From Trichinella spiralis (taxonomy: Eukaryota): DNA of 63,631 bases. Where the stretch lies: assembly GCF_000181795.1 (NCBI RefSeq), contig NW_003526940.1, positions 2,593,502 through 2,657,132 of the forward strand, read 5' to 3'. Positions 62,583 to 63,631 of this stretch are shown piece after piece. The notes beneath the pieces were generated by a model that worked only from the letters and a program-made list of their open reading frames with translations, was not told the origin of the DNA and ran no database searches. How positions within the stretch are numbered: position 1 is the first letter of the stretch; the number at the start of each line of letters is the position of its first letter. The translations under genes were made by a program, and so were the position numbers.

Positions 62583-62660
62583 GAAATAGGACAAATCAGA
62601 GAAACGTCAAACACAGAGAGTAGATAAGGGGTAAAATGGAGAAAACGCGGTTCGTTACTG

Positions 62661-62662
<2 letters not shown>

Positions 62663-62704
<42 letters not shown>
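62663..62704. repeat. (TA)n microsatellite
   Basis: About 20 TA units seen directly. Confidence 0.95.
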
Positions 62705-62707
<3 letters not shown>

Positions 62708-62815
62708 CTGCCCCCACTGTTTGTAAATTATTTCCTGTTTAAAATTATCAAGATTGGATGTTAACTTCCGGGTTAATATCAGAATATTGAATAATCTGTT
62801 TGGAANNNNNNNNNN

Positions 62816-63631
62816 GTGCGAATATTTACATTATACACATTCCACAGAGGCAGTCTGTCATAGGGCATCCATTCCATTCGGAAGTAATTGAACAAGGCTG
62901 CTATTGAACCCGTAGCATCTCTGCCAAACAGATCCACAGCAGCAGCTACATCATGAAGCGGCAAAAAAGCCGTTGCCAGCAACATTTTGACTTTTTTCTT
63001 CGTTGCTGCTTCATTGATGTAGCTGGTTCGCATCCCAAGATCCGTCACCTTCCGCAGAACTGCTTGGCAGAAACGGAAATAACAGCCTTGCATGCTGACC
63101 CCTGGAAATGTCCCCTGCAGTGCAGGGATCAGGGCGGTCTCAAAATCGGAAATTACTGTTTGCAGCTGTAGGACCACACCTAACGTTGCCCGCCTTTACA
63201 ATTAAAATTATCGATTTATTTCACGATACATGGAGAGATCTTTATGGGACGGTTAAACAAGAAACATGTGGCACTAATTTACCAGCAATAAAAAACATGG
63301 ATGAAGAACAATTTGGCTGGGAACATTCTGGAACTATTTTGAAAGTTCCCTCCCATGGACCAAACAGAATGGTCAAATAAAATTGATAGATTTTCCTTCT
63401 GTACCAAATATAAAAATGGGAATTATGTGCATTATTATAGAAATAAAAAAGCGGCCGATCAGAACTTCCACATTCCCCAGTGGGGGTGGAAACCTCCAGC
63501 CTACTGGGCGAGTTTGGCGGGAAGTCCTTGGAAATTTTTGTGCCCGTTTTTCCGGTACATTTGCCGTTTTTACACCTTTTTATAACGTTGGAAAACTTGA
63601 TCGGCAGTTTTCCAAAATCAGCAGAATGCAC
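62816..63631 (-). repeat. Partial second copy of the MULE transposase region (matches 61425-62209) after an N-gap, increasingly indel-ridden
   Basis: Identical to 61425 onward for the first few hundred bases, then homopolymer-type insertions accumulate. Confidence 0.9.

Larger units (their letters stand above)
60474..62719 (-). mobile_element. Mutator-like (MULE) DNA transposon with FLYWCH-MULE transposase, about 2.2 kb; boundaries tentative
   Basis: Short imperfect inverted ends CAGGGGGGTAGA (60474) and TCTGCCCCCACTG (62707-62719) enclose the transposase. No clear target-site duplication seen. Confidence 0.65.

Noticed and set aside
62816..63631. Second, diverged MULE copy as an independent insertion
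   Set aside because: Starts at an N gap, is initially identical and then gains homopolymer indels typical of a low-quality read end.
1..63631. CRISPR arrays, tRNA/rRNA genes, prokaryotic operons or horizontally acquired bacterial genes
   Set aside because: No repeat-spacer periodicity or recognisable structural RNA motifs were seen, and all recognisable genes belong to typical animal families.

Overview
AT-rich, intron-dense eukaryotic DNA with short introns and nematode-type genes. By inference it is a clade I nematode such as Trichinella; this is not proven. I spliced the genes by eye. In order: an SLC28/CNT nucleoside transporter (-, 6879-10547); a bli-4/furin-type proprotein convertase with Cys-rich repeats and a TM tail (-, 12685-20737); a divergently transcribed type I membrane protein made of seven kringle-like modules with no catalytic domain (+, 22408-28157), carrying a pogo/Tigger-like deletion element in one intron; a class B GPCR matching nematode pdfr-1 (-, 28576 to at least 36552); a two-exon 9-cysteine TGF-beta-family ligand (+, 52701-56041); PDCD2 (-); an intronless ORC3 (-); and a decayed FLYWCH-MULE transposon. 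Four near-identical duplications each abut a 10-N gap and are most likely assembly or haplotype artefacts. The best candidates for unexplored biology are the 7-kringle membrane protein and the divergent TGF-beta ligand. I see no evidence for a wholly new multi-gene system. Exon coordinates are hand-derived and may be off by a few bases.
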